IMG/VR virus record: IMGVR_UViG_3300030419_007368
Location: 1-64,000 of that record
Source of the DNA: a virus
DNA: 64,000 nt
Reading direction: 5' to 3' (one strand)
This document shows, in pieces, positions 63,926 through 64,000 of the stretch. Position 1 is the stretch's first letter; the number at the start of each line of letters is the position of its first letter. Under the pieces are notes generated by a model. That model did not search any database and was not told the DNA's origin. It saw only the letters and a list, made by a program, of their open reading frames with translations. The translations under genes and the position numbers were made by a program.

Positions 63926-64000
63926 TGTCAGGCCTCCACCCCGTTGTCCACCGGCCTTCTCGACCTGAAACATATTTTATAAAACATCCCTCGCAACATT
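63915..64000 (-). CDS. 3' end of an upstream Cys-containing protein (partial)
   Basis: Open frame CCEGCFIKYVSGREGRWTTGWRPDNGR* overlapping the next start. Confidence 0.55.
   Translation of the reverse strand, partial: CCEGCFIKYVSGREGRWTTGWRPDNGR

Noticed and set aside
1-64000. Genome-wide stop-codon recoding
   Set aside because: Standard code gives intact long genes, and TAG, TGA and TAA all end conserved genes at expected positions; only one internal TAG was seen.
1-64000. Bacterial chromosome origin (groEL, clpP, dnaE, recA, rpsU)
   Set aside because: These genes are divergent and interleaved with a complete T4-like virion module on one strand; no integrase or host-like flank seen.
1-64000. 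tRNA or rRNA genes
   Set aside because: Intergenic gaps are short and no cloverleaf was recognised by eye; tRNAscan was not run.

Overview
A 64 kb segment of a large T4-superfamily-like myophage (contractile tail) genome. Every credible gene is on the minus strand; plus-strand ORFs are antisense shadows. In transcription order (right to left) it holds: (1) packaging and head genes (terminase, portal, prohead protease, ribosomal protein bS21, three fibre-like proteins, scaffold, major capsid protein, two paralogous putative decoration proteins); (2) neck, tail and baseplate genes (neck proteins, sheath, tube, a tail chaperone with a likely +1 frameshift, tape measure, LysM-type wedge, hub); (3) replication and nucleotide genes (PolA-type polymerase domain, degenerate tubulin/FtsZ-like protein, gp32-like SSB, RecA/UvsX, deaminase, 5'-3' exonuclease, helicase, class II RNR, DnaE, dUTPase, DUF3310, IMPDH/GMPR); and (4) proteostasis genes (GroES, ClpP, partial GroEL). 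Most notable inference: the single-box motif CTA(T/A/C)TTA precedes the structural operons and also six orphan genes scattered among the replication genes. Those orphans carry short terminal amphipathic tags, suggesting a dispersed set of head-packaged cargo proteins. They include a muramidase-TonB_C-SGNH fusion, a putative PD-(D/E)XK nuclease and a basic protein interrupted by one in-frame TAG. No tRNA, rRNA or CRISPR array was recognised. All assignments come from motif recognition by eye; no database searches were run.
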